Shown here in pieces: positions 29,882-40,352 of a stretch of DNA of 64,000 nt. The DNA comes from an uncultured bacterium (lineage in GTDB: Bacteria; JAHJDO01): the NCBI GenBank assembly GCA_964437505.1, contig CAYTGU010000009.1, positions 5,231 through 69,230 of the forward strand, read 5' to 3'. The position numbers were made by a program, and so were the translations under genes. The notes under the pieces were generated by a model. That model did not search any database and had not been told where the DNA came from. It saw only the letters and a list, made by a program, of their open reading frames with translations. Each line of letters starts with the position of its first letter. The stretch's first letter is position 1.

Positions 29882-30667
29882 ATGCAAACCATTTTAACAG
29901 CAACTCTGCTTCTTGGAGGGCTTGGATTGGTCTTTGGTCTTGTACTTGGCTATGCATCAAGAAAATTCGCTGTAAAGATTGATCCCAAAATAGAAGAGAT
30001 TTTTGAAGCTCTTCCAGGGGCAAACTGCGGCGCATGCGGGTTTACAGGTTGTATGGAACTTGCACGGGCAATTGTTGAGGGAAAAGGAGAACCGTCTGCG
30101 TGCACTCTTGTAGATGAGAAAAAGGCAGAACAAATTTCAAAGATACTGGGCATAGAGATAAAGCAAAAAGAAAAAACAAAACCAGTTCTCTTATGTCAGA
30201 GAACTGCTAATCAGCAAAAAAAATTCCTTTATATTGGCGTTCAGACCTGTAGAGCTGCTATGCTCACCAATGAGGGAAATAATTCATGTAATTATGGATG
30301 CATCGGTCTTGGAGATTGCCTCAGAATATGCCCATTCGGAGCAATTTCCTTTAAAGAAGGCCTTCCTGTATTTGAGGAAGACCTCTGTAAAATGTGCGGG
30401 AAATGCATAGAAATATGCCCTAAAAATATTATTAAACTTATTCCCAAAGAGCAAAAAGTTTATGTCGCATGCAACAACAGAGATAAGGGAAAAGACGCAA
30501 GGGCGGTGTGTAAAGCTGCGTGTATCGGATGTGGCGTATGCATTAAGGCATGTCCGGCAGATGCAATAACCTTAGAGAACAATCTGGCGGTAATAGACTC
30601 CAAAAAATGCATCAATTGTGGCGAATGTATTAAAAAATGCCCGACAAAGGCAATATTAAAACAGTAA
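29882..30667 (+). CDS. rnfB: Rnf complex subunit B (polyferredoxin)
   Basis: N-terminal TM helix [17 protein letters not shown], a CGACGFTGC cluster and several CxxCxxCxxxCP motifs. Start chosen at the ATG at 29882 with an AAAGG RBS. Confidence 0.8.
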   Translation: MQTILTATLLLGGLGLVFGLVLGYASRKFAVKIDPKIEEIFEALPGANCGACGFTGCMELARAIVEGKGEPSACTLVDEKKAEQISKILGIEIKQKEKTKPVLLCQRTANQQKKFLYIGVQTCRAAMLTNEGNNSCNYGCIGLGDCLRICPFGAISFKEGLPVFEEDLCKMCGKCIEICPKNIIKLIPKEQKVYVACNNRDKGKDARAVCKAACIGCGVCIKACPADAITLENNLAVIDSKKCINCGECIKKCPTKAILKQ

Positions 30668-30677
30668 AACTTTCCAT

Positions 30678-30705
30678 TTGCTATCATAATAAAAATCTGT
30701 ATAAT
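30678..30705 (+). promoter_or_regulatory. sigma70-like promoter of the tRNA cluster (TTGCTA-N16-TATAAT)
   Basis: Perfect -10 TATAAT 13 nt upstream of the first tRNA. Confidence 0.4.
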
Positions 30706-30718
30706 GACGAAATTATCG

Positions 30719-30791
30719 GGGTCGTTAGCTCAATTGGCAGAGCAGCGGACTCTTAATCCGTTGGTTGTGGGTTCGATTCCCTCACGGCCTA
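30719..30791 (+). tRNA. tRNA-Lys (anticodon CTT)
   Basis: Cloverleaf folded by hand: acceptor GGGTCGT/ACGGCCT, D-arm GCTC...GAGC, anticodon loop CTCTTAA, T-loop TTCGATT (one T-stem mismatch). Close to E. coli tRNA-Lys. Confidence 0.7.
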
Positions 30792-30797
30792 CTAAGA

Positions 30798-30881
30798 GCG
30801 AGGGTGGCGGAACTGGCATACGCGCTAGATTTAGGATCTAGTTCCTTTACGGGAATGCGGGTTCAACTCCCGCCTCTCGCA
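30798..30881 (+). tRNA. tRNA-Leu (anticodon TAG), class II long variable arm
   Basis: GCGAGGGTGGCGGAA...anticodon loop TTTAGGA...long variable arm...GGGTTCAACTCCCGC...CTCTCGCA; matches bacterial tRNA-Leu architecture. Confidence 0.8.
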
Positions 30882-30895
30882 CTGGCAAGTTTTAT

Positions 30896-30967
30896 GCGGG
30901 TGTAGCTCAGTGGTAGAGCTCTTCGTTGCCAACGAAGTGGTCGTGGGTTCGAATCTCATCACCCGCT
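30896..30967 (+). tRNA. tRNA-Gly (anticodon GCC)
   Basis: GCGGGTGTAGCTCAGTGGTAGAGC..anticodon loop TTGCCAA..TTCGAAT..CACCCGCT; near-identical layout to canonical tRNA-Gly(GCC). Confidence 0.8.
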
Positions 30968-31016
30968 CTGATAGAAGAAGAATTTGAATTAGAAGAACAA
31001 GGCGAGAAAGGGAACA

Positions 31017-32240
31017 ATGGCAGATACTATTAGTAGCAACGATGTCAAAATAGATATTCAAGATACAGGGAATTGTAGTCGACTCTTAAAGGTTGAAGTA
31101 CCGCTTGAAACAGTCGAGAAAGAAACAAAAAATGCATACAGCACACTCCAGAAGACTGCATCTGTACATGGATTCAGGACAGGCAAAACTCCACATTCTA
31201 TTTTAAAGATACGCTTTGGGAAATCCCTGAATGAGGAAATCAAGGAGAAACTGATTAATCAAACTTATCAAGACATACTTAAAAATAATAATCTAGCCCC
31301 TGTTTCTGAGCCTAAAATAGACAAGATCATATTTGAGGCAGGAAAGCCATTTACATACGAGATATCTTTAGAGATAAAGCCTGAGATAAAACTTGCCGTA
31401 TACAAAGGATTAAAGATATCTGCAAAACCTGTTAATGTTTCTGAAGACGATGCTAACAATGTATTGAAAATGAGACAAGAGCAAAACGCGGAATTTCTTC
31501 CGGTCAACCGACCTGCAAAAGTTAACGATCAAATAATCATCGATTGTGAGATAATTACCAATAATACACCATCAAAAAAACAGACAAACAATCCGTACAC
31601 ATTGGGATCTAAAATATTCCCTGAAGAAGTAGAAAAAGAACTCATTGGGACAAAAATAGAAGACAAGAGAGAAGTTGAAGTAATTTCAAAAGAAAAGAAC
31701 ATAAAAACTAGTTATAAAATAGCTGTTAAGCAGATAAAAGAGAAACGGCTTCTGCCAATTAACGACGATTTCGCAAAAGAATTGGGTAACTTTAAAAACC
31801 TTAGCGAGCTTAAAGGCGATATTGGAAAGAAACTTAAAAGTGTTGCTGAAGACAAACAGAAAGTAGACATTAAGGAGCAGTTATTAGACATGGTTAGTGA
31901 GAACTCCAAGATGTTAATCCCGTCAGGACTCCTAGATAAACAAATAGACTATATAGGTACACGTGGTGGAGAAAAAGACACTGACAAGAACAAATGGAAA
32001 GAAAAATATTCAAAAGAAGCAACTAAAGACGTGAAAAAAATGCTTGTTTTGGAGGAGATTGCTGAAAAAGAAAAACTGGATGTTAGTGCAGAAGAAGCAA
32101 AGCAGAAACTTCAGAATCTGGCAGGCGCTAATAAAACAGCTAATATGGACAACTACATTGAATACATACAAAGGCAAATGAAAAGGCAGAAAATCCTTGA
32201 CTTTATATACGAAAACGCTCAAATTTTAATTAAAAATTAA
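31017..32240 (+). CDS. tig: trigger factor
   Basis: N-terminal ribosome-binding domain (GFRTGKTP signature), a central PPIase-like region and C-terminal helical arms; 407 aa. Confidence 0.85.
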   Translation: MADTISSNDVKIDIQDTGNCSRLLKVEVPLETVEKETKNAYSTLQKTASVHGFRTGKTPHSILKIRFGKSLNEEIKEKLINQTYQDILKNNNLAPVSEPKIDKIIFEAGKPFTYEISLEIKPEIKLAVYKGLKISAKPVNVSEDDANNVLKMRQEQNAEFLPVNRPAKVNDQIIIDCEIITNNTPSKKQTNNPYTLGSKIFPEEVEKELIGTKIEDKREVEVISKEKNIKTSYKIAVKQIKEKRLLPINDDFAKELGNFKNLSELKGDIGKKLKSVAEDKQKVDIKEQLLDMVSENSKMLIPSGLLDKQIDYIGTRGGEKDTDKNKWKEKYSKEATKDVKKMLVLEEIAEKEKLDVSAEEAKQKLQNLAGANKTANMDNYIEYIQRQMKRQKILDFIYENAQILIKN

Positions 32241-32280
32241 TAATTGCTGCCAGAGGTAGCCCTTGGGGGGGAGGAATGTT

Positions 32281-32865
32281 ATGAGTTTAATTCCAATGGT
32301 AATAGAGCAGACAGGCAGAACAGAACGCGCGTATGATATTTATTCAAGGTTATTAAAAGACAGGAACATAATTATTGGAACAGCTATAGACGATAATGTG
32401 GCTAATGTTGTAATTGCACAAATATTGTATCTGGAATTTGAAGCTCCGGATAAAGACATAACGATTTATATAAACAGTCCCGGAGGAGTTGCTACTGCAG
32501 GACTGGCAATATACGACACTATGCAGTTCGTGAAATCAGATATTTCTACCATTTGCATGGGGCAAGCAGCAAGCGCTGCTGCCATATTACTCGCTGCAGG
32601 GACAAAAGGAAAAAGAATGTCTCTCCCAAATGCGCGCGTCCTTATTCACCAACCCTCAGGAGGTATGCAGGGACAGGTGTCAGATATTAATATTCACGCA
32701 AAAGAAATGCTTGATTTAAAAGATAAAGTTAATAAAATTCTCGCAATGCATACAGGTCAGTCAATAAAAAGAATAGAAACTGATACAGATAGAGACTTTT
32801 TTATGTCAGCTGAACAAGCCAAGAAATATGGTATTATTGACGAGGTAATCACAGTTAAGAAGTAG
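32281..32865 (+). CDS. clpP: ATP-dependent Clp protease proteolytic subunit
   Basis: [32 protein letters not shown]...[11 protein letters not shown], with catalytic Ser in GQAAS and His/Asp downstream. Start set at the ATG with a GGGGGGGAGGAA RBS, not the TTG in the track. Confidence 0.9.
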   Translation: MSLIPMVIEQTGRTERAYDIYSRLLKDRNIIIGTAIDDNVANVVIAQILYLEFEAPDKDITIYINSPGGVATAGLAIYDTMQFVKSDISTICMGQAASAAAILLAAGTKGKRMSLPNARVLIHQPSGGMQGQVSDINIHAKEMLDLKDKVNKILAMHTGQSIKRIETDTDRDFFMSAEQAKKYGIIDEVITVKK

Positions 32866-32874
32866 GAAAAGCTT

Positions 32875-33213
32875 ATGGCTATTAAAACTGATAGAGACAT
32901 GAGGAAAAGCAAGGATTTTCAGGAATTAAATGTGCCTGTTGCTGAGAGAAAACGAATGGGTTATGTTGAAGATAGAGAGCTTGTAACAGAGACAAAAATC
33001 TCTTTCTTTGCAATCCAGAATTATATCCAGACCGGACTCCTTGAAATAGATGCTGAAACACCTCAAGGAAAGAAACTATTTAAAACAGATAAAGCTTTAA
33101 AGAGACTAAAAATATTGAATCATATGCAAAAATCACATCCAGTACATGAGTTAAAAAGCACAATATATGACCCTGACTTTAATGAAAACGAGTTTCTAGA
33201 GAAAAACAAGTAA
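32875..33213 (+). CDS. hypothetical protein (112 aa), sitting where clpX usually follows clpP
   Basis: ORF only; basic N-terminus; no signature I recognise. Confidence 0.4.
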   Translation: MAIKTDRDMRKSKDFQELNVPVAERKRMGYVEDRELVTETKISFFAIQNYIQTGLLEIDAETPQGKKLFKTDKALKRLKILNHMQKSHPVHELKSTIYDPDFNENEFLEKNK

Positions 33214-33228
33214 TAGGAGATCAAGATA

Positions 33229-33669
33229 GTGAAGACATTTATTCCTAAAGAAGATAATATAGAAAGAATGTGGTATATTGTAAATGCGGAAGATAAGGTT
33301 CTAGGGAGATTGGCGTCTAAAGTTGCAACTATACTCAGAGGGAAACATAAGCCGATATATGTCCCTCATGCTGATGTTGGAGATTATGTAATTGTTATCA
33401 ATGCGGCTAAAGTTCGCCTAACAGGTAAAAAACTGGAACAAAAAGTTTATTATCACTACTCGGGGTATCCTGGAGGTCTTAAAGAAACACCGCTTTCTGA
33501 CTTGATGAAAAAAAACCCGGAGGAAGTTATAAAAAGAGCTATTAAAGGAATGCTTCCAAAAAATAAACTAGGTAGAAAAATGCTAACAAAATTAAAGGTT
33601 TATCCAGACAAAGAGCATGGTCAGGAAGCTCAAAAACCTGTCCCTGTCCCCGCAGAAATGGAAATATAA
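33229..33669 (+). CDS. rplM: 50S ribosomal protein L13
   Basis: [44 protein letters not shown]. Confidence 0.9.
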   Translation: MKTFIPKEDNIERMWYIVNAEDKVLGRLASKVATILRGKHKPIYVPHADVGDYVIVINAAKVRLTGKKLEQKVYYHYSGYPGGLKETPLSDLMKKNPEEVIKRAIKGMLPKNKLGRKMLTKLKVYPDKEHGQEAQKPVPVPAEMEI

Positions 33670-33681
33670 AGGAGATCTATT

Positions 33682-34098
33682 GTGGCAAAAGTGGCGAAAG
33701 CAGCGAAAGCAAAACAAGTATTCTATTCTACTGGCAGACGAAAAACCTCTGTTGCTCGTGTAAGATTAATTCCAGGAAAAGGAGAAATAATAATAAATAA
33801 AAAACCTTATAAGGATTATTTTGGGAATGATACATTAAGCATAACTATATGCCAGCCATTTCATGAAACAGATACTCTTGAAAAATATCATATCTTTGCA
33901 AGCGTTAAAGGCGGAGGAAGCTCTGGTCAGGCAGGCGCAGTCCGCCATGGTATATCAAGAGCATTAGTAAAGGCTGATGAAGGATTAAAGGATACTTTAA
34001 AGAAAGCTGGGTTTCTTACCCGTGATCCGAGAAAGAAAGAAAGAAAGAAATACGGACAAAAGGGCGCTCGTAAACAGTTCCAATTTACTAAGAGATAG
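33682..34098 (+). CDS. rpsI: 30S ribosomal protein S9
   Basis: [19 protein letters not shown] and the C-terminal [17 protein letters not shown]. Confidence 0.9.
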   Translation: MAKVAKAAKAKQVFYSTGRRKTSVARVRLIPGKGEIIINKKPYKDYFGNDTLSITICQPFHETDTLEKYHIFASVKGGGSSGQAGAVRHGISRALVKADEGLKDTLKKAGFLTRDPRKKERKKYGQKGARKQFQFTKR

Positions 34099-34102
34099 TA
34101 AG

Positions 34103-34384
34103 GTGTCAGATCAACAACAGATAAAAATCAATGTACTTGGCACAGAATATAAAGTTAAAACTGATAAAGATCCATTTCAGATTCGCAAAATTGAAGAGTA
34201 TCTGAATAATAAAATAAGAGAAATCTCCAACAACACACATATAGCGTCATCTCTTAAAATCGCTACTTGGGCTGCCCTGTTTATTACAGAAGAATTCCTT
34301 TCATATAAAGAAGAAACTAAACAATATGCGCAAAAAATTGATAATATAATTGAGAAAATCAATAAAACAAATTTGGAAATATAA
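34103..34384 (+). CDS. zapA: cell division protein ZapA-like
   Basis: About 93 aa from GTG 34103 (TAAGG RBS): MSDQQQIKINVLGTEYKVKTDKD...IAS..KIATWAALFITEEFLSYKEE. The ZapA-like pattern is (V.I.G..Y.I, A.L.A......L). The upstream extension in the track overlaps rpsI and was rejected. Confidence 0.55.
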   Translation: MSDQQQIKINVLGTEYKVKTDKDPFQIRKIEEYLNNKIREISNNTHIASSLKIATWAALFITEEFLSYKEETKQYAQKIDNIIEKINKTNLEI

Positions 34385-34429
34385 ATTTTCTCTTTAAATA
34401 ATTATAAACTGTGTTACAATAACTTAATA

Positions 34430-34599
34430 TTCCCTGCTGTGTTTGTTGTAAGTTTGGTTATTTTGAGCCAACAGTAAGAAAATGGGAGTTTGTATTTGGT
34501 GGGATATGCAATTGCATTGAACATTTAAGAGAACACCCACGTGGCCTTAACGGCTTCAAAATGACCCTATTTAGACGGCATTTGGCGGGGAATTTTTTT
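34430..34599 (+). ncRNA. candidate structured ncRNA, possibly 6S RNA (ssrS) by zapA synteny
   Basis: 215-bp non-coding gap after zapA. The 5' end TTCCCTGC can pair with the 3' end GCGGGGAA, followed by a T7 run. Internal complementary segments (TTTTGAGCC/GGCTTCAAA; GTGGG/CCCAC) and a central palindrome TGCAATTGCA are present. Confidence 0.25.
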
Positions 34600-34611
34600 A
34601 TGAGAGATTTT

Positions 34612-35610
34612 ATGCAAAAGCCTGTAATTGTAATTACTCTTGGTGACCTTGGAGGAATTGGTCCGGAAATTACCATAAAGGCCCTAGCTAATAAACAAAT
34701 CTATAAGTACTGTACTCCAATTATAATCGGAGTTGCAGAAGGTCTCTATAAGATAAAACCCAATTATAAAGTAGATGTCATAAATCATCCATCAGATATT
34801 AAAAATATATCTAAAAAAGCATACTTGATTAATCCACAGGATTTAAAACTAAAAAATATAATACTTGGCAAGCCAAACCCCATACAAGCCAAAGCTGCCG
34901 TTGCTTTCTTAGAGCAAGCAGTTGCATTTGCCCTCAGGAAAGAGGTTGACGGGATTGTAACATCACCTGTAAATAAATATGCAATTAATGCCGCAGGTAT
35001 TAAATTTAGAGGTCAGACAGAATTCTTGGCAACGCTCACAGATACACATAAATATGCAATGGTTCTTGCAAGTCCGAAAATGCGCATTGTTCCATTAACA
35101 CGACATGTTAAAATAAAAGATATTAGTAACTTAATAAAAAAACAGTATATACTTGATGCAATTGATGTAATAAATCAGAATAGTTTTCTGTTTGACATAT
35201 ACAAGCCCAGTATTGCAATCGTTGGTTTAAATCCTCATTGCGGAGATGGTGGGGCTGTTGGAAAAGAAGAAATAGAAGAAATGATCCCTGCTATTAAGAA
35301 AGCTATGGAAAATGGCATGAATGTTCAAGGACCTTTCTCTGCTGATGCATTCTTTGGAAATTGTGAGTATAAAAAATATGATTTCATTTTGACAATGTAC
35401 CACGACCAGGGTCTTATACCATTTAAGATGCTCTCTTTCGGCAAAGGCGTTAATGTAACAATGGGTCTTCCCATTATCAGGACATCTCCTGACCACGGAA
35501 CAGCGTATGATATAGCCGGGCAGGGCATTGCAAATGAGAGAAGTTTAATAGAAGCAATTAAAATGGCTTCAAAGATGGCTATCATAAAACAATCTCTTCA
35601 CAAGCAATGA
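34612..35610 (+). CDS. pdxA: 4-hydroxythreonine-4-phosphate dehydrogenase
   Basis: MQKPVIVITLGDLGGIGPEI and HGTAYDIAGQG near the C-terminus; start chosen at the internal ATG. Confidence 0.85.
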   Translation: MQKPVIVITLGDLGGIGPEITIKALANKQIYKYCTPIIIGVAEGLYKIKPNYKVDVINHPSDIKNISKKAYLINPQDLKLKNIILGKPNPIQAKAAVAFLEQAVAFALRKEVDGIVTSPVNKYAINAAGIKFRGQTEFLATLTDTHKYAMVLASPKMRIVPLTRHVKIKDISNLIKKQYILDAIDVINQNSFLFDIYKPSIAIVGLNPHCGDGGAVGKEEIEEMIPAIKKAMENGMNVQGPFSADAFFGNCEYKKYDFILTMYHDQGLIPFKMLSFGKGVNVTMGLPIIRTSPDHGTAYDIAGQGIANERSLIEAIKMASKMAIIKQSLHKQ

Positions 35611-36449
35611 ATTTCTTCTCTCCAAATAGCATTAAGGAAGAACTCAAAAAACACAATCTTCGTCCGCAAAAAAAGTTTGGACAAAACTTTCTTATAGACG
35701 GGAATATAGCTGATATAATAATTAACACTCTCAATATCAAAAAAAGCGATGTTATAGTTGAGATCGGCTCAGGACTGGGATCACTAACACACCTTATTGC
35801 TACTGAGGCAAAAAAGGTAATAGCAGTGGAAACAGACACAAAACTGCTTGATATTTCAAAGAATCTGCTCTCTGCATATAACAATGTTGAATTCATCAAT
35901 AAAGATATCTTGGAAACCAGTTTTAATATCTCTGAGAATTATAAAGTGGCAGGGAATATACCTTATTACATTACAACGCCTGTTATATTATTTCTTCTGG
36001 CCATTACTCCAAGTCCAGAACTTTTCGTACTAATGGTCCAGAAAGAAGTAGCGCAAAGACTTACAGCTAAGTCAGAATCCAAAGCTTATGGCTCTCTATC
36101 AATCTTTGTGCAATATAAGTGCAGAGTAGAGATTATTAAATATATAAAAAAAACTACTTTTTATCCACAGCCGGATGTGGATTCCGCTCTGGTAAAATTT
36201 ACTCTTTTAGAAAAACCACCTGTTAAAGTAAAAAACGAAAGGTTGTTTTTTGACATCATCCAAGCAGGTTTCATGTATAGAAGGAAAATGCTCATTAATG
36301 CAATATCAAGATATTCCAATTTAGGAATTGCTAGAGAAGAGTTGGAAAAGGCCCTTAAGCATTTTAAGTTATCCCCGAGTATTCGCGCAGAAAAACTCTC
36401 AATGTCTGAACTTGCGGATTTGAGTAATTATATTAAACAACAAAAATAA
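35607..36449 (+). CDS. rsmA: 16S rRNA (adenine1518/1519-N6)-dimethyltransferase
   Basis: LRPQKKFGQNFLID and VVEIGSGLGSLT SAM motifs. Confidence 0.85.
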   Translation: MNFFSPNSIKEELKKHNLRPQKKFGQNFLIDGNIADIIINTLNIKKSDVIVEIGSGLGSLTHLIATEAKKVIAVETDTKLLDISKNLLSAYNNVEFINKDILETSFNISENYKVAGNIPYYITTPVILFLLAITPSPELFVLMVQKEVAQRLTAKSESKAYGSLSIFVQYKCRVEIIKYIKKTTFYPQPDVDSALVKFTLLEKPPVKVKNERLFFDIIQAGFMYRRKMLINAISRYSNLGIAREELEKALKHFKLSPSIRAEKLSMSELADLSNYIKQQK

Positions 36450-36459
36450 GGAAACTGGT

Positions 36460-38169
36460 TTGAAAAATTACATATGGGAAATATATGAGGCTAATCTGGA
36501 GCTGCAGAGAGAATTATCAGATAAGCTGGGTATTATGCCAAATACGGCTCAAATCCTTATAAATCGAGGGATAAAGGACATTCCTGCTGCAGAGAGTTTT
36601 CTATATACTGCAATAAGCGCGTTATCAGACCCGTTTCTACTGCCCGATGTAGAAACAAGCGTAAAGAGAATTCTAAAGGCAATTAAACATAAGGAAAGAA
36701 TAACCATTTACGGGGACTATGATGCTGACGGGATAACCTCTACTGCTCTGTTATATGGATTTTTAAAGGATTTTGGCGCAGATATTGATTTTTATATTCC
36801 AAACCGAATGAATGAAGGCTATGGGCTTAATAGCAATACAATTAAAGATTTATGCAAAAAGGGGACAAAGCTTATTATTACTGTTGACTGCGGAACAAAT
36901 TCTATTGAAGAGGTTAATGCTGCAATCAGTATGGAGGCAGACGTTATCATTACAGACCATCATACTGTAGAAATACCATTACCTCAAAAATACCCTATAG
37001 TTAATCCAAAAAGGAGCGATTCTGAATATCCTTTTTCTGAACTTGCCGGTGTGGGTGTTGTATTTCAGTTATGCAGAGTGATGGCAAAGCATCTTCTTGG
37101 AGATATATCTTCTGAAGGAATCCTAAGATACATGGATCTTGCAGCAATAGGCACTATAGCAGACGTTGTGCCTCTCTTAAGGGATAATAGAATAATTGTC
37201 AAACTTGGAATCTCAAAACTCAAAACCTCAGAAAACATTGGGCTTAAGACACTGATTAAAGAATCCGGACTAAAACAGGACAAGATATCCAGCGGACAGG
37301 TGGCATTTATGCTAGCTCCAAGACTTAATGCTGCAGGCAGAATGCAGAGCGCTCGAGAAAGTGTTACGCTTCTTACAACAAATTCTCAGGAAGTTGCGTC
37401 AGATAAAGCAAAGCTTCTTTGCGCAGAAAACATCAACAGACAGGAAATAGAGAAAGAGGTTCTTGCCAGTGCTATTGAAATGGTAAAAAACTCAGTTAAC
37501 CTTGATAACGAGTATGTTATTGTGCTTGAAAGTGATGAGTGGCATGAGGGAGTTATTGGAATAGTAGCCTCAAGACTTGTTGATATGTTTCACAGACCCG
37601 CAATTCTTATATGTACCAACAAAGAAGAGGCAAAAGGCTCCGGAAGGAGCATATCAGGCTTTAATCTTGTTGATGCTCTTCGGGAATGTGAAGACTGTTT
37701 GATTAGATTCGGCGGACATTCTTATGCTGCAGGTTTATCAATTAATAAAGATAATATCGAAAATTTCAGAAACAAAATCAATCAAATTGGAACAAGAGTA
37801 ATAACAAAAGAACATCTTCAGCCAAAGCTGTGCATAGATTTAGCCCTCTCTCCATCTAATATCACAAACAAGTTTTTACTTGAAATAGAACATCTTGAAC
37901 CTTATGGCATGGGAAACTCAAAACCCGTATTCATTGCAAAAGGTCTTAAATTAGGCTTTTCTCCCAGAAAAGTCGGCGATAATCATATCAAACTTACACT
38001 GTCTCAACAAGGTAGAGAATTTGAAGCTATTGGATTTAGAATGGCTGACTATATGGAGCATTATAGAGGGCAGAACCACATTGATATTATATATACTCCA
38101 CAGATAAATATTTGGCAGGGCAGAAAAAACTTGCAATTAAACTTGAAAGACCTGAGGTTTAGAACCTAA
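36460..38169 (+). CDS. recJ: single-stranded-DNA-specific exonuclease RecJ
   Basis: DHH motifs ([14 protein letters not shown]; ITDHH) and a DHHA1 region; 569 aa. Confidence 0.85.
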   Translation: MKNYIWEIYEANLELQRELSDKLGIMPNTAQILINRGIKDIPAAESFLYTAISALSDPFLLPDVETSVKRILKAIKHKERITIYGDYDADGITSTALLYGFLKDFGADIDFYIPNRMNEGYGLNSNTIKDLCKKGTKLIITVDCGTNSIEEVNAAISMEADVIITDHHTVEIPLPQKYPIVNPKRSDSEYPFSELAGVGVVFQLCRVMAKHLLGDISSEGILRYMDLAAIGTIADVVPLLRDNRIIVKLGISKLKTSENIGLKTLIKESGLKQDKISSGQVAFMLAPRLNAAGRMQSARESVTLLTTNSQEVASDKAKLLCAENINRQEIEKEVLASAIEMVKNSVNLDNEYVIVLESDEWHEGVIGIVASRLVDMFHRPAILICTNKEEAKGSGRSISGFNLVDALRECEDCLIRFGGHSYAAGLSINKDNIENFRNKINQIGTRVITKEHLQPKLCIDLALSPSNITNKFLLEIEHLEPYGMGNSKPVFIAKGLKLGFSPRKVGDNHIKLTLSQQGREFEAIGFRMADYMEHYRGQNHIDIIYTPQINIWQGRKNLQLNLKDLRFRT

Positions 38170-38357
38170 GCTACTTTTTCTATCTTACCGGAACGAATAC
38201 ACTGTGTGCAAACCTTTATTCGTCTAGGTTTCCCTTTGATCAGAACCTTTACAGACTGCAGATTAGGAAGCCATCTCCTCTTTGTTTTATTATTTGCATG
38301 ACTAACATTATTGCCGGTCATTGGTCCTTTTCCACAAACTTCACACTTCCTAGACAT
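38166..38357 (-). CDS. rpmB: 50S ribosomal protein L28
   Basis: [34 protein letters not shown]. Confidence 0.9.
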   Translation of the reverse strand: MSRKCEVCGKGPMTGNNVSHANNKTKRRWLPNLQSVKVLIKGKPRRIKVCTQCIRSGKIEKVA

Positions 38358-38471
38358 CTTAAAATTCTCCGATATTTGAAAACTTGTTTGCAGAATATAG
38401 CATACTTATTCTTTCCTTGCAATGCTTTTCCTGCTTGCCAAAACCAATGCATGATGATAGCATATATTGTA

Positions 38472-39251
38472 ATGAAAAGTCATAAGTCTAAAGTAATTGC
38501 TGTTATTCCTGCAAGATATGACTCTACTAGACTTCCAGGGAAGGTACTCAAGGATATTTGCGGAAAGCCTATGATACAGCATGTCTATGAAAGAGTATCC
38601 AATGTTTCCTCTATTCAGGAGACAATAATAGCTACAGATGATAAACGGATATTAAAAGTAGCACAAAAATTCGGAGCTAATGCTGAGATGTCCCCAAAAA
38701 GCTGCAAATCCGGCACTGACAGAATTGCGTGGATAGTCAAGAAAATGCCCGATATTAGAGAAGATGACATTATTATCAATGTGCAGGGAGATGAGCCTTT
38801 AATAAATCCGCAAGCTATTGAAAAACTTGCAAAAACAATATCTAAAGACTCAGATATCTACATAGCAAGTTTAATGACTAAAATATCTGATATTAATGAA
38901 TTGATGAGTCCTGATGTAGTTAAAGTGGTTGTAGATAAAGATAATTTTGCCTTATACTTTTCCCGCTCCCCTATCCCATTTGCAAGGGATAAATGGAAAA
39001 GCTTAAAAAACAAGTTAATTCTTAGTACAGCAGATATATTCTATAAACACCTAGGGATATATGCCTTTAGAAAACACTTCTTATTAAAGTATGCCAAAAT
39101 GCCTCGAACTTGTCTTGAAAAGATTGAAAAACTTGAACAGCTTAGAGCCGTTGAAAATGACTATAGAATAAAAATGGCAGAAACAGAATTTGACTCAATA
39201 AGTGTTGACACTTCGGCAGACTTAGAAAAAATTTTATCTCTTTTTCGCTAA
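38472..39251 (+). CDS. kdsB: 3-deoxy-manno-octulosonate cytidylyltransferase (CMP-KDO synthetase)
   Basis: VIAVIPARYDSTRLPGKVL and NVQGDEPLI; start set at the ATG at 38472 (MKSHKSKV). Confidence 0.85.
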   Translation: MKSHKSKVIAVIPARYDSTRLPGKVLKDICGKPMIQHVYERVSNVSSIQETIIATDDKRILKVAQKFGANAEMSPKSCKSGTDRIAWIVKKMPDIREDDIIINVQGDEPLINPQAIEKLAKTISKDSDIYIASLMTKISDINELMSPDVVKVVVDKDNFALYFSRSPIPFARDKWKSLKNKLILSTADIFYKHLGIYAFRKHFLLKYAKMPRTCLEKIEKLEQLRAVENDYRIKMAETEFDSISVDTSADLEKILSLFR

Positions 39252-40352
39252 ACAAGCTGTATAAAGAACATCTGTTTGGCAGGCCATTTCTTGAACGCTG
39301 AACTTTGTTACACGCTCTCTGGCTTTTCTTCCCATGTTAATTCTTAATTGCTTATCATTTAGAGTTTTCACAATTGCATTTGCCAGTTTATCACTGTTTG
39401 CTGGAGGAACGATAAAACCAGTTTTCCCATCAATCACTGCTTCTTTATTTCCTCCGACATCTGTTGCTATAACAGGTTTCTCTGCTGCCATTGATTCTAA
39501 TATAATGTTTGAAAACCCTTCTATAAAAGAGGAAAGCACAGAAACATCTATGATATGAAGCAGATCAGGGATATCATGTCTAAGTCCTGTAAAGATTACC
39601 TTGCCTCTTATCCCCAGTTTCATCGCCTGTTCTTTAAGTTCAGATTCTAACGGTCCTTCTCCAACAACCATAAATTTTACATTATCAATAACTCTGTTGA
39701 TTTTGAATGCAGCTTCTAAAAAATACTTGTGCCCTTTTTGAGGATAAAGACGTGCAAAAATCCCAACCAATAACTCATCTTCCCCAACGCCAAGCTCCTC
39801 TCTCTTAGCCTGATAGTCAAAGTCCCCCTTAAACTCCTCAACATCTATGCCATTATATATTGTTACAAACTTATCTTGATTAATTCCTGAATTTTTAATA
39901 TTAAACTCCTTTACAGCATCTGAAACAGCTATTATCTTGTCTGTATACCTCGAAAGCATTCTATCAATCAGAAAGTGTTTTCTTGTTTTCCATGTGTCTA
40001 TATTGTGAAGATTGGCAATAATCACTGGTACACCTGCGAATTTTGCGGCAATACGACCAGGCGTGTTCGACCGATACATATGAGTATGAACTATATCAAA
40101 TTTTTCATTCTTCATAAACTTGTATAACCTGTACAACCCCACAGGATCTAATCTGCTCTTCATATGTATCTTGCACACCCTTATTCCTAGATCTCTCAGA
40201 TCTTTCTCATAAGCACCCTGTTTATCGCGAATACAGCATACCGTTATATCATATTTATCCCTTAATAAAGAAAGTACTCTAACCAGCCTTTTCTCTATTC
40301 CGCCGACCGGCAACCATGTTATTATTCTTAAAAGTTTAGGTTTATACTGCAT
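39234..40352 (-). CDS. glycosyltransferase family 4 (GT-B fold), probably LPS core/outer sugar transferase
   Basis: EGFSNIILESMAAEKPVIATDVGG E-x7-E motif; lies between kdsB and lpxK. Confidence 0.7.
   Translation of the reverse strand: MQYKPKLLRIITWLPVGGIEKRLVRVLSLLRDKYDITVCCIRDKQGAYEKDLRDLGIRVCKIHMKSRLDPVGLYRLYKFMKNEKFDIVHTHMYRSNTPGRIAAKFAGVPVIIANLHNIDTWKTRKHFLIDRMLSRYTDKIIAVSDAVKEFNIKNSGINQDKFVTIYNGIDVEEFKGDFDYQAKREELGVGEDELLVGIFARLYPQKGHKYFLEAAFKINRVIDNVKFMVVGEGPLESELKEQAMKLGIRGKVIFTGLRHDIPDLLHIIDVSVLSSFIEGFSNIILESMAAEKPVIATDVGGNKEAVIDGKTGFIVPPANSDKLANAIVKTLNDKQLRINMGRKARERVTKFSVQEMACQTDVLYTACLAKKR

Noticed and set aside
30700-31000. tRNA cluster as an integration hotspot or genomic island boundary
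   Set aside because: No integrase, recombinase, direct repeat of a tRNA 3' end or compositional shift on either side; the flanking genes are core (rnf, tig).
30831-31061. 76-aa minus-strand ORF overlapping the tRNA-Leu/tRNA-Gly genes
   Set aside because: It covers two well-folded tRNA genes and the tig 5' region; spurious.
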